DNA from: Chrysomallon squamiferum
Lineage: Eukaryota > Animalia > Mollusca
NCBI GenBank assembly: GCA_012295275.1
Contig: CM022672.1
Span: forward strand, 13,826,001 to 13,890,000
Direction of reading: 5' to 3'
DNA: 64,000 bases
A program made the position numbers and the translations under genes. This document shows, in pieces, positions 1 through 13,302 of the stretch (the stretch's first letter is position 1; each line of letters opens with the position of its first letter). Under the pieces are notes generated by a model that saw nothing but the letters and a program-made list of their open reading frames with translations, was not told where the DNA came from and ran no database searches.

Positions 1-54
1 ACCACATCATAGCATATTTTCATACTGTGTGTTTAACAAACACAGTTGATATTA

Positions 55-250
55 AAGAGGAAACCCGTTGCCGTCTCTTCCAGTGCTTCTTTTATCCATT
101 AACATCAAGGGTACCTTTATATAATAAGCAGCTTTCGTCAGTAAAACTGCAGGAATCACATAATTAGCATGATTCTTAGAGCACAAAACGAAAAGTCAAA
201 TAACCATTGGAAGTTCCTTACAGTGTTGATCCCTCGTTCTACCACTGAAC
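55..250 (-). mobile_element. Degenerate SINE copy (Meta/MESC-like mollusc SINE family, from recollection)
   Basis: gaggaaacccgttgccgtc...cattaacatcaagggtacctttat resembles segments at about 30330-30410 and 54620-54700, and in reverse orientation at 41455-41505 and 61498-61525 (gtgcacataaaagaccacttgttgctaaagagtaagagtagcc). This indicates an interspersed repeat. The family name is recalled, not searched. Confidence 0.45.
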
Positions 251-264
251 AGTAATAGAGAGAG

Positions 265-296
<32 letters not shown>

Positions 297-332
297 CCAA
301 GGTTAATGATTAATTTGTGGTTTTCTACGCAG

Positions 333-679
333 GGCCAGTGGCCAGTGGTTTAAGTAATCGGTTCAGCTGTCGCAAGACGGTCATTGCAGGAGGTCTGGTT
401 TCATCTCTAGGTATGTTTCTCTCCGGTTTCACGAAAGACTTGATCCAGCTGAATTTCACGTATGGCGTCGTCTCAGGTGTGTTCAGGTTTGGTTACGTCA
501 CTTTTAGTAAGATACACTAACTAGTCCGCGGGGAGACGAAAGATCAAAGGCAAAGAGATAAACAGACATGTGTGGACGTTAATATAAATATTTTATTGTG
601 ATGAATTTCTAATTTTTTGATATATTTGTTTGTTACCATGGAAGAAAAAAATCTGAAATATTACTGTTTCCTAGGGGAA

Positions 680-736
<57 letters not shown>

Positions 737-1701
737 ACATACATACATACATACACACGTACTCACACACACATACATACATACACACGTACACACAGTT
801 TAACTTCAAACTGTTCATTATAACGTCTGGAAATGATAATATTCTATGTTTGGTTAAATAACAGTTATTTTTAATAATTCCTTTATGAACTTTACAGATC
901 TAAATTTAAACTCTGTCTACATCTAGTTTCAGACAGAGCTGTAGTTGGGGAATTTGCATTAACTTGTTTTCTTAATTTTGGTTCCTTCTCTCTCTCACCA
1001 TCATACCAAAAAATTTCCTCCTAGGAAACACGCACACATATTTTATTCAGAACAGTCTTATTGTCTGTTCTGTATTTACTATGTACATGTATGTTGCTGT
1101 GTAAATAACCAGGTACTGATGATATATAATTTATTATTTTATTTATTCATTGGATGTAAATCCCGTTTTCACTTTTATTTTTTTTTCATTATTATTTATT
1201 CAGATATTGGAAGAACTTTTGGTCTGTGCATCAACTCTAATAACTACCGGTCCTTACTTCAAAACTGTTTTTAAAAAACTATTTTATTTATTCACTGGGT
1301 GGAAAATACCCTTTTCACTCATTTATTGTTTTATTCAGGTATTGGAAGATGTTTGGTCTACACACCAGCTCTGATCATCACTGGTCATTACTTTGACAGG
1401 AGGCGTGGTTTAGCTGTTGGACTAGCGACCTCTGGCGTCGGTGTTGGTACTTTTCTCATACCACCTGCCATCGAGTTTATGTTTGAAAAATACACGTTTT
1501 TTGGCGTTTTCCTCATTCTGTCTGCGTTGTTTTTGAATTTTCTTGTATGTGGAGCAATGCTCAGGCCCTTTTCAGTTCACAAGAGAATATCAGAATTAAA
1601 AAGGTAACAGATTTAAAAAAAAAAAAAAAAAGGGAAAGTTTCATTAGTCTTTTTACCATCTTTTTAATTAATTTTTTTTTTTTTTAATTTTAAAGTTGTT
1701 T

Positions 1702-1754
<53 letters not shown>

Positions 1755-3917
1755 TATAATAAATAATAAATAAATAAATAAATAAATAATGGAATGTAGA
1801 AACATGAGAAATATGAAGTTAGTAATTCTAGGTTATCATTCACAGATGAAAATACTGATGTACGGATATTACCGTCCGGACAGTAAAATCACAAATGTCA
1901 CAAATGTAGATAATATATAGATGAAGGTATCCAGACGATTAAAAAAATCAAAGGCAAATAAATTTGATTGTTATTCCATTTTTTTTTTTTTTTTTTTTTT
2001 TTCTTCCAGGAAGAAAAAGGAAGGACTACTATTAACTGAAGAAAAATTTAATTCTCATCTTTCTGATAAAAACAATGCAACTTTCACAACGATACTGACA
2101 GAAACTGAGAATACAAGCGCCAATATAACGAACGTTAATAGAAAAACTTCTAGTTCGTCGTTTGACAAAGACTGTAATCATTCCAAAAGTGTTTCTAAAC
2201 CTCTTAACGAAACCGGTGATTATAGCAAAACATCAAAGAAGAAGCAGAAATTTATCGAACTGTCTCTATTAAAGTCTCCGCCATTTTGTTTATATTGTGT
2301 TGGTATTTTTTTGTATACAGCTTCGTTCAAATCCGGTTTTATCTTCCTTCCAGCACTTGTTAAATCCTCAGGGATCTCGGAATCGAGAGCTGCTATTATG
2401 TTATCCATCATTGGTGTTTTTGATACCGTTTCGCGAATTTCAGCAGGGATTATTTTTGACTTGCCCAAAGTGAAACGAATTCGAACCTTCATTTACAGTG
2501 GATTAATTTTCGTGCTGGGCTTATTGTCGTTTCTCTGTCCGATGCTGTCCACGTTTGAAGAGTTTGCCTTTTTAGCTGCAGCGTATGGTATAATGACTGG
2601 TTCATACGTGTCTCAGAAATCAGTGGTAGTTGTCGACATTCTTGGGAATTGAGAAACTCAGTAGTTCGTTTGGACTTTTGATATGCTTTCAAGGTTTTGG
2701 ATGTCTGCTTGGGCCTCCTCTTTCAGGTTTGAAAATACAGTATTTGATATAAAACACCAACAACAAAATAAATAACAAAACAAACGAACAAATAAAAAAA
2801 AAAAAAAATAAAAAAAAAAATAAACATAAAATATATGCATAAATAAAAAAATAAAAATAAAATAGTAATGAACAGAACAAGCCCGCAAAAAAAAAAAAAA
2901 AAAAAATAAAATAAAAATAAAAAAAAATACGCCTCCATCCCCCCAAATTCCGAAACCTGAACCATTATTGGAAACAGTAGTAATAATAACAGTGTTAGAA
3001 TTGGTAGTGGTGGTGACAGTAGTAGTATATTTTCTAATTTAAATTTCCTGTCCAGGATTTCAGTTCTTTGACCTGCAGCTGTGGTTTCTCGACGTAAGAT
3101 TTATCAGTTCAGTCTTATCTTATAGATAATAAATATTTGAAGGTGTGCACCACTCTTGTGGATCATGGTGCCTGTTATGTAATGAAATAAAATGTATCAA
3201 CGAATTTAATTAATGCATTAATTATCAGCATTTTATTATTTTTAATTAATTAATTTATTTAATTATAAATTAATAAATAAATAATTTGAAATGCAATTTG
3301 CTGATTATATTAATAACAATTTTACGGACTTATTCCTGGAGTCTAGCCATAAATTATTAATTAATTAAAAAGTAACCAATAGTGATTAATTAATCTGTTT
3401 TAAAATAAAAAAATAAATATATAAATAAAATAAATAAATAAATAAATAAATATAAATAAAATAAAATAAAAAATAGGATTGTGGCATTATTTTTTGAGCA
3501 TGTAACAGGGTACGGGTATGTAATGATTTACATGTAGTTGTATGAGCATTAATTTATATTCAAGTATAAAATGAAGTATGTTTGAGATTAAGTTTCGAGC
3601 TTTTGATGGATTTATTTTTATATTTATATATGTCTGTATGTGTGTATTTTATAATTTATTTACTTACGTTGAAGTATGATTAATATTCAGTTTCGAACTT
3701 TTGATGGATTAATTTGTATATTTATATATTTATGTAAGTCTGTATGTGTGTATTTTATAATTTATTGACTTACTTTGTTTTGTTTGATTTATTTTAAGGA
3801 ATGATCAAGGACATCTATGGACGTTACGATGAAGCGTTTTATTTTTGTGGTGGAATGCTTATGTTGTCGTGCGTAATTACCTTCATAGGAGCAGTCTGTC
3901 ACAGAATTAGTTCATGA
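333..3917 (+). CDS. Monocarboxylate transporter (SLC16/MCT family, MFS), copy A; 5' exons lie before the window; carries a +1 frameshift near 2644-2648 (possible pseudogene or assembly error)
   Basis: GT-AG exons 333-476, 1339-1603, 2010-2726, 3799-3917 (TGA 3915-3917). Peptides GPVASGLSNRFSCRKTVIAGG, YFDRRRGLAVGLATSGVGVG and GMIKDIYGRYDEAFYFCGG are typical SLC16 motifs. The 144- and 265-nt exon sizes match the paralog. Exon 2010-2726 is 1 nt too long to join the last exon in phase. Confidence 0.88.
1130..1262 (+). pseudogene. Decayed tandem duplicate of the intron 3' end plus first ~60 nt of MCT-A exon 1339-1603
   Basis: ttattcagatattggaagaacttttggtctgtgcatcaactctaataactaccggtccttacttc aligns to ttattcaggtattggaagatgtttggtctacacaccagctctgatcatcactggtcattacttt at about 1331-1395. 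The upstream intronic sequence is also duplicated, and the copy has a 1-nt insertion. Confidence 0.75.
3590..3780. repeat. Two-copy direct repeat (~100 bp) in the last MCT-A intron
   Basis: agtttcga(g/a)cttttgatggatt...gtctgtatgtgtgtattttataatttatt.acttac occurs at about 3591 and 3689. Confidence 0.75.
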
Positions 3918-4486
3918 CATCACGTCACGTACGAAAAAACGTCCAATGACGACACCACTATTCCAAAAACTATTTATAGATTTTTATTTTATACAGATTT
4001 TTAAACATTTTTTTTTTTCATATTCCAGCCAGCAATGGTACTTTTGTAAGTTGTGATATATATTTTATTTTTTAATGTATAGAGTAACAAATAAATAATT
4101 AAAAAATCTTTACGATCTTTTCATGTTTTTGTTTATTTATTTATTTATTTTACTATTGTTATTTTTAATTGTACGATTCTTTAAGAACAACATCTACTCT
4201 GGCTTTTCTTTACATGTATACTTGTAATTTTCCATTATTTGAGTATTACGTTATTCAGATTGTCTTGTTGATAATAATGATGATCTTAATGATGATACAA
4301 TAATAATATAATAATGATACAATAATGATTATAACTAATACTTTATTAAGCTTACAAAATACCCGTGAAGCAGTAATCTTTATTTATAATTTATAAAACC
4401 TTTACCATGTTGAACAAAAATGTTTTCTTTAATGTTTATTAAGAAAAAAAATCGTTATTGCAATATTTTGATTTAATGAATTGTTT

Positions 4487-4519
<33 letters not shown>

Positions 4520-4530
4520 ATTATTATTAT

Positions 4531-4561
<31 letters not shown>

Positions 4562-4694
4562 GTAAGTGTTATTATTATTGTATCATTACTTTAAAAAAAA
4601 TTTGTTATGGTCTTTTAAAATATATAATTTCTTACATTCTCTTTGTATAACACACTATGCTTTAATAAATCGTTTTTTAAATAAATCATTATAA

Positions 4695-4756
<62 letters not shown>

Positions 4757-4989
4757 TTTGACAAAATAAGCTATCTCTAGCATTTAAACTTTTTCAAAAC
4801 ACATAGTTTGATATCGTATATATATACTGCATAAGGATATATATGATCAAATCTTTTTATTTCTTTTTTTGTATTTCTTAAATTAAAGATTTACATTAGA
4901 ATACTGAGTTCTTCAGATATGATAAAAGACATTCGACTTAAAAACAAAAAAATAGCCTAGGTCTTATCTTGACAGTAATATGAAATAAA

Positions 4990-5118
4990 ATTGAGGGAGA
5001 ATACATGGACAACTACAACAACTCTCCAGAAGAAGCTGTATGGCACAAGAAATGATCTACAGAGAACAGTGTCGTTAATAGTCATTGCTGACAAACAAAC
5101 AACAACAACAAAACAACC
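4990..5118 (+). mobile_element. 3' remnant of a non-LTR retrotransposon (probably I/Ingi/Nimb group)
   Basis: Translates LRENTWTTTTTLQKKLYGTRNDLQRTVSLI, resembling the C-terminal 'W...L..KLYG...L.RT..FI' motif recalled from I-group LINE ORF2. It is followed by an (ACA)n-like tail. Confidence 0.45.
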
Positions 5119-5277
5119 GTTAAGGTCGATGGATTTCTTCTAATACTGAATAAGAACATAAAATATATAATGCGTGTAATTTTAACTGCGTTCAAATCAG
5201 GCAGTTGATATACAGTGTTCACAGAAATGACAACGTTTCCAAAAGGTTTTTAAAGCAGGATGTAAATAATAATAATA

Positions 5278-5314
<37 letters not shown>

Positions 5315-5713
5315 GTAGTAGTAGTAACAACAATAATAATAAGTAGTAATAAAAATAATAACAGTATAATAATAACAGTTTTTGTTGTTGTTGTTCTTAG
5401 TTATTAATAAAACGACTATCGTAACAATCAATCATTCATACAACTGCAGTAACAAACGGAAATAAAAAACAAAAAAAAAAACAAAAAGAATTTAAAAAAC
5501 TCAAAAACTTAGTAAAATGTTAAATATATTTAATATAGAGATATTAAAATTTTAAAAATTAGTATAAAATATTTAAAAATAAATTATGTATGAATCAGAA
5601 GATATCTAACAAGTTATTTCTTTTCAAACCACAGTCACACACATACGTGCATGTGTGTATGTAGTGTGTCTGTGTGTGAGTATATATATATCTCTGGAGA
5701 GAAAGAGAGAATG

Positions 5714-5746
<33 letters not shown>

Positions 5747-6014
5747 AATAATTATATAAGTATATTTTTAATATCAGTTATTTTTTTATATGTAATAATA
5801 TCAGGAGTTTATTACGACGTTATAACTTATGATATGAAATACACAATAAGAGGAAAAAACACATTTTTTCAACATCCTTTTATCAAGACGTACAATGTCT
5901 CGATATACTTTGTCGCACATACGCTGATTGTCGCATAATTATTAACAAATTTGCTGTACTTAAATGTATTTGTGGCACTTGATTAGTTGTAAATATTTTT
6001 GATCTGGAACTGTT

Positions 6015-6202
6015 TCACTTAGAAGACCCGTTGTTTGTTTTTGCTGATGCACGCATTCTTTGCCATATATTTGCAGTCAGCATAATGAGGCCCGCAAATA
6101 ACATGGATCCTCCACAGAAGTAGAAAGCTTCGTCGTATCTCCCATAGATATCCTTCATCAGACCTGAAATTCAAAAAAAAAACAAAAAAAACAATAATAA
6201 AA

Positions 6203-6244
<42 letters not shown>

Positions 6245-7623
6245 AAATAATAAGTAAATTATAATTACTTTTATTAAAAGGCTATTGAATGTGGTTTTGT
6301 CTGCGAAATTAAATACATTGATACTGAAATTAATAATAATAATAATAAAAATATTTAACGGATTCATTTTCTAAAGATTTTCAGTTAGCAGAATTTGATT
6401 TCTATTAACATCATATTAGCAATAAACCATTTAATTTCCTTGGAAAGATACTGATAAACTTTAAATGTTATAACTAATTAAATGACTAACTAACTAACTA
6501 AATAAATAAATAAAAGCAAATGTTTTTTTTATAGGTGCTTTTTTAATACACGGTTATATATTGTCATTCATAAGACAACTATATAAGTGCTGCAACATTT
6601 TTTGATTAGCAGAAATGAATCTTTTACATAAACACCTTCCCAAAGACAGAAAGCTCGATGGAGACTGAGATATAAAGAAGCCTGCGATCTATAATAATGT
6701 AGCAAATGCTTATTTATTTATTTATTTTAATTCTAGACACATTTATAGTCAGCGTACCTGAAATAGGAGGTCCTACAAGAGTCCCAAAGCCTTGAAAACA
6801 AATCAACAAACCAAACGAACTGCTCAGTTTCTGAACTCCCAAAAGGTCCACAATGATGACGGATTTCTGTGACACGAAGGAGCCAGTCAGCAGACCGTAG
6901 AAGGCTCCAAGAGATGCAAACGCCACGAACGTGGAGAGAGAGGGACAGACGAAGGAAAGTGCAGCTATCACAAACACTATCCCACAGTATATCAGAGTCC
7001 TGTATCGTTTAACTTTCGGGAAGTCAAAAACAAAGCCAGCAAATATTCGACCTACTGCGTCGAAAACGCCCGTAACTGATAAAACAAACGCTGCATTCGA
7101 TTCCGAAATTCCAGAGGATTTCACCAGAGGTGGCAAAAAGGTAAAACCTGCTTTGAACGATGCCGTAAATAAAAAAATACTGATGCAGAATATGCAGAAT
7201 GGTGCCTCCTTCAGTAATGATAATTCAAGGAACTTTTTCTTTTGTGGTTTAGGTCCAGAAACATTAGCGTTTTTCCGAACGCTCTTGGTCGGTTTTTCAC
7301 GTTTAGAATTATCTTCTGAAGTTACCTTCAGATTCTCAGAAGTTATTTCGTTGTTTATTTTTTTGAAACTGACAGCGAAGATGTTAGAGTTGCGGTCGTG
7401 AGGCAGATTCTCCACGTATCCGCGATTGTCTTTGCCTAATTTTCTGGTAGATGTATTTTTATTTCCTTCCAAATTTTGGCTTTCTCTCTTCCTAAATGAT
7501 AAAAAAAAAAAAAAAAGATACTAATTATAAACAAATTTAAAATGGCATATGATAATCCTTAGTTTTAGTTCTTAAAGGAGAAAAATTAATATTATGATAT
7601 AATATTATTAAGAACATTACATT

Positions 7624-7654
<31 letters not shown>

Positions 7655-8344
7655 TGTAATAATATAAATATAATAAATATAAAAAAGAATGACCAAAGAA
7701 AACGAAAAAAAAATATAAAAATGAACTGATAAATAATATATAAATGGATGATACATTTTTTAAATAATACGAACACAAAGCACCCTTTTATTTATTTATT
7801 TATTTATTTAATGTTAATAATATATTGTACTTTATAAAGCAGAATTAAACTATCTGTGATGAAAATGTCCGCCATTTTGCTAACCCTGCTGTACGTAATA
7901 TACTCCAGTTTGTTACCTTTTCACTTCTGCTAATTTCTGATGAAGCGACAGAGGTCTGAACAGCGCTCCGCAGACAGCAAAGTTGAGAGAGAAGGCGGAG
8001 ACAATGAGAAACGCTCCCAGATACGTGTACTCTTCAAAGATAAACTCGACTGCCGGAGGAACAGCAAATGTGCCAACACCTATACCTGCAGTCGCAAGTC
8101 CAAGGGCCAGGCCTCGTCTTTTGTTGAAGTACTGACCAGTGATTATAACAGCTGGTGCATAGGCCAAACATCTTCCAACACCTGAGTATTTGAAGTAAAT
8201 GGTCAAAAAGAAGAAGAAGAAGAAGAAGAAAAAAAATATATAAATAATAATAATAATAATAAAAAATTCCAAACTGTTTATAAATTTGTAGATTTTTCTC
8301 TCTACATTGCTTCACATGTAACTCTAAATATTTTAAAATATATT

Positions 8345-8375
<31 letters not shown>

Positions 8376-8571
8376 GTTTTAAATCGTAATATATTATGCG
8401 TTTAATGTGTTACGCTTAAACTGGATTTGGAAATGATTCATGCCAATTTCAATAATGATATTACAAACATAATTCTGTACTGGTAATCTAATGATGTATA
8501 TCTCTAGTCATACATTTTTGTTTGTAATAAAGTATGACAAAAATAGTTATCATAATTATTTGTAGTTCTCG

Positions 8572-8642
<71 letters not shown>

Positions 8643-9028
8643 AATAAATAAATAAATTAGATCGTTAATGTTAATGTACTTAGACAATACTGTCTTTCTT
8701 TATTTATATTTTTTGAAATATTTCCGTGTCTACCTGAGACAACCCCGTATGTGAAGTACAGCTGGATCAAATCTGTTGTGAAACCAGAACAGAAGATTCC
8801 TAATGCTGTAACAATGGCTCCAACTATCACTGTGACACGACAACCGAAACGATTACACATAATACTTGCTAAAGGACCTGCAGAACAAACGTATTAAAAT
8901 TGAGAATCTCCTGTTCGAAAATCTTTCGGATTTTGGCGTGTAAAGAGATAGATTTAAAATATCATCAGTCTATACATGAAACTCGTAGGTACTTCGTATA
9001 CGTCTAGTAGAGAGAGTTTACAGGTATT

Positions 9029-9065
<37 letters not shown>

Positions 9066-10114
9066 TATATATATAAAAAAAAAAAAAAAAAAAAAAGAAA
9101 AAAAAAAGAAGGCAATTTGTGCTTGAAATAAGGTTTGTGAATGCTACATTATTGGAAAACTATAATATATTACAATATCGGCTGCTCGAAAACGTTTTGA
9201 TTTCGAACTTCGGAATTAGGATCCTCAGTCTGTAATTATTAATACAATCCTAACAATATACATAAATATTATTAATGCAGTATATCTATCTATCTATCTA
9301 TCTATCTATTTTTTTCTGCCCCACAAACTTATATATAGATAATTAATTGTTAAACAGTTAACTTTTGTTTTTTATAATCATGAATCTTGTGACTATTAAC
9401 ACAGACCATCATTACATTAATTATTTAGTTTAATATCAGAGAATTAACTTTATTTCGATTACAACTACAAAATCAATTTACCGAGCACGAGCCGCAAGGA
9501 ATTACAAAGGGAGGAAACCCATGCCGTAGCTTGAGCGCTCTGGTTGAATCTCGTGATGAATTTTAAAAACAGAACACCGTCTGATCTTTCCAAGCCACCT
9601 ACAGAAATTAGCAAAGACAGAAGTAAATAAATAAAATCAGAAATAAATAAAGAAGGAAACAGATAAACGTACAAGCCACAATAGTTTACTGATTTTAATT
9701 TTATAGTTAATCTACTTTTAAATGGATATGTTTTTACGTATTAACAACTCGTTTTATTAATTTAAATTTAATATAGATATATATAATTAAATAAATTAAA
9801 AAAATACAGTATGAATTAGAATAAAAAATGTAAAAATAAAATTATGACTTGTGGAAATTGTTTTTGTTATTACATTTTAATTTATTCTGTTTATTATTTT
9901 ATTGTATTTTATTTTTAAATAAATAAATAAAAAATACAGTAAGAATTAGAATAAAACATTTAAAAATAAAACTATGACTTGTTGAAATTGTTGGCTTTTG
10001 TTATTACATTTTGATTTATTCTGTTTATTATTTTATTTTATTTTATTTTATTTATTATTAAATTTATTAATTAATTTATTGTATTTGTAGTAATAGTAAT
10101 ATTAATAATATGAC

Positions 10115-10157
<43 letters not shown>

Positions 10158-11385
10158 TTTTTATTCCGTTTTTTTTTTTTTTTTATATATATATATTTGA
10201 TCAGCATTCTGGTAACATTTGATCAAAAAAGTGGTTGAAACACAGCTACTTGACCTGACAGCCTCACCAATAATACAATGAGCTAAAGCCGAGCCAAGAA
10301 CGATAATCCAGCCATATCCTCCGTCAGGCACATCTTTCGCCTTATCTTTTTCAGGACTATCATCGCCCCCTGGCTCCGATTCCCCTCCTCGAGTCTCCTA
10401 CAAATCAAAATAATTCTCATAGATTTATGTCATTCTGTAATATCTGAAGTAGATTTGTAAGGTTTAAAAAAAAAAAAAATAAATAAAAAAAAAAAATAAA
10501 ATACAAAAATAAAAAATAAAATGTAATAAAATAAAATAAAAAATAAAAAAATAAATTCAAATAGAATAAAATAAATAAATAAGTAATAAAATAATAATAA
10601 TAATAAAAATCAAAAGTAAAAAAAAAGAACAAATAAGAAAGTATATTATAGATATTTACAATGTCAGTAGATGTAAAAATAGCTCCCAAAGAAAATTTCC
10701 TAAAAGCTTGTAACTTTTAACTGAACCACATGTTATTATTTATTTATGTTTGTACCAGAAAAATGTTCTCTTCATAAGGCTATCACTATTTACTTTTTTG
10801 TTTTGTTACCACCAAAAATATGATTATATAAAATCATAAAATGCATTTTTATTATACTAAATTAAATACTGATAATAAAGGATAATTTTTTTTTTTAAAT
10901 CATTGATTTAATTTTGCCAAAGAATGAATGTAATCTCAGTTCAATTTGATCTTTGTTCAAAACTTATTTAAGCTAATGAAAATTCAGTAAATAACTCTGT
11001 GGCTGTAAAATGTTTCATAAATTTCATCATAGCAAAAATAATATTTAGTTATAATTTCATTTGTTAGATTTAATTTAATTTTATTCTTTTTTGTTTTGTT
11101 TTGTTTTGTTTTTGTTTTGTTTTTGTTTTCTGGGTTTTTTTATTGTTGTTTTTTTTACCAGGAAATAAAATACCCTACCTGTTTCAAATCTTCTGACTGT
11201 TTTTCTCCTTCTTTAACCTCTCCTGTAACATTTGCATCATCACTAATATCCACCTCTTCATAAGCACCAGTATCCACCCCTGCATCAGCACCAGTATCCA
11301 CCTCTGCATCAGCACTAATATCCACTTCTGCTAAATCCACAGCTGTATTATAGTAACTCGAGTTTTCACTGTGTTTTTCTGTCAT
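6015..11385 (-). CDS. Monocarboxylate transporter (SLC16/MCT family, MFS), copy B, intact, about 581 aa
   Basis: Exons (minus strand) 11385-11179, 10397-10268, 9598-9482, 8877-8734, 8181-7917, 7491-6758, 6163-6015 join in phase (1746 nt). Hallmarks VPDGGYGWIIVLG (TM1 MCT motif), YFNKRRGLALGLATAGIGVG and GTLVGPPISGLMKDIYGRYDEAFY. The start could extend upstream through the acceptor at 11414. Confidence 0.92.
9803..10035. repeat. Two-copy direct repeat (~127 bp) in an MCT-B intron
   Basis: aaatacagta.gaattagaataaaa...tatgacttgt.gaaattgtt...gttattacatttt.atttattctgtttattattttatt occurs at about 9803 and 9932. Confidence 0.75.
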
Positions 11386-12659
11386 GTTTGATAGGGTGAA
11401 AACTAACACTTTACCTGAAATGAAATAAAAAAATATGTATATATTGCAAACATTTTTCTAAAAGTAAAAAGACTGTATGTGTATGCGTGTGTGTGATGAA
11501 TATATGTATGCAGTGTATATGTGTGTGTGTGTGTGTATATATATATTGCAAACATTTTTCTAAAAATGAAAATATTTTAAAAATATAATAATGAAATCAC
11601 AATATGTCTGTATGAGTGTGTGTAAAGAAAGAGATTACAATTTATTTACTGCTCATATAATTATAGATGCACATATCTGTATCACATAAATGAATTTATG
11701 CTAATCTGTAATTTGATTTCATACATAATATTTATAACCATCTTATCCTCTCTCTCTCTCTTAACCTCTATAAAAAGGTTTAACAGTTCACCAACCTTTA
11801 ACTGAGCCTGTAAAAGATTTGCTTCAGTCTTCTTTTAACTGTTATGATCAAGTAAGTTTGACAGCCTGTCTATGATGAAATCACATTTCTGAATTACTTT
11901 TGCAATTAAACAACTCAGCATAATTTAAACAGCTTACTCATTACGCAGCAAAAAAATCCACACAAAAAAAAAAAAAAAAAAAAAAATTTGCATTTGTCTG
12001 TTTTGAATTCTTTAGTGGGTATTGTGTGACACAGTATATTCACTGAAGACTAGCTGACCTGTTTATGTTAACAAAAGGTGTAGGTAGAATAGGGTATATC
12101 TGTCAATAATCTTATGAAATAACTTGGTTAGACTTCGAAAAAAAATCAACAGAATTTAAAAATCATCTTCCAAAATGAAAGATCACAGAGTTTCTCACAA
12201 GCTATAAAATTTAGATAAAATTCACTAAGATAATGGATAATAACACAGCATATAACATTTTTTTTTTTTTTAAAGTGATAATAATAATATCTAAATTTTT
12301 TTATTGACCAGCCTCTTCAAACATACATCATATACAAATGAGTCATTTTCAAGCAGAAATATCTAATATTATTTTGTTATATTCCCAGTCTGTCACCTTA
12401 CTGATCAAATTCAGTGAACAGGACCTTAAGGTGCCTTTCAGAATAATCAGAGCAAGAAATCACGTTTCAGGAAACATAAAACCATTGTCATTTATCAGGT
12501 CAGTGAGACTGCTACAGGCAGGTTACACGTCAAGAGTACAAATAGTGAGGCTATAATGAAACATCATGATCAACAAAAACAGTGAAAACAACAATAAAAA
12601 TAGTGATTACAGCATCAGTTGTGCATGTTTATCAAAACTGCATTTAGTAGATCTTGTGA

Positions 12660-13110
12660 CTAATAAGATATATCATGAATGACTTGATGTTGACAAAAAT
12701 AAATAATGCTGACATTAGTTCTGTTAGTATTTATGACTCTTATTGAATAGTAGGAAATGTTGATGTTGGCCACTGAAAAATAATTATCATAGTTGACATG
12801 ATATCATTAGAATCCAGGTTATGTAGTATATTAAGTGTATTTGTGACTGTAATAAATAATAGGAAATGCTGATATTGGCTATTGAAAAATAATACTATTA
12901 TCATAGTTCACATGTTATTATTAGAACCCAGGTTCTGTAGTATATTAGGTGTATTTGTGACTCTAATAAATAGCAGGAAATATTGATGTTGGCCACTGAA
13001 GAATAATATTATTATAATAGATCACTTGATATCATTAGGATCCAGGTTATGCTAGTATATAAAGTGTATTTGTGATTCTAATGAATAGTAGGAAATTTTG
13101 GCCTTGGTAT
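12660..13110. repeat. Degenerate tandem repeat, about 110-bp unit, 4-5 copies
   Basis: Unit aatagtaggaaatgttgatgttggccactgaaaaataattatcatagttgacatgatatcattagaatccaggttatgtagtatattaagtgtatttgtgact recurs at about 12745, 12853, 12965 and 13083 (partial). Confidence 0.8.
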
Positions 13111-13261
13111 CAACAATAATAATACTGTTATAATAGTTCTTGTAGTTTCTTAGTAATTCCATTTGGTGTAGTATAATAACTATATTTCTGACCATTGACT
13201 ACTAACAAATAACCTAATAGTGGCAGCTGAATAAAATAAATAAAAAATAAAAAATAAAAAA

Positions 13262-13302
<41 letters not shown>

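Noticed and set aside
6931-7401. Plus-strand 156-aa ORF, and similar antisense ORFs at 2220-2492, 7940-8185, 50370-50705 and 56799-57089
   Set aside because: These are antisense shadows of real exons on the opposite strand.
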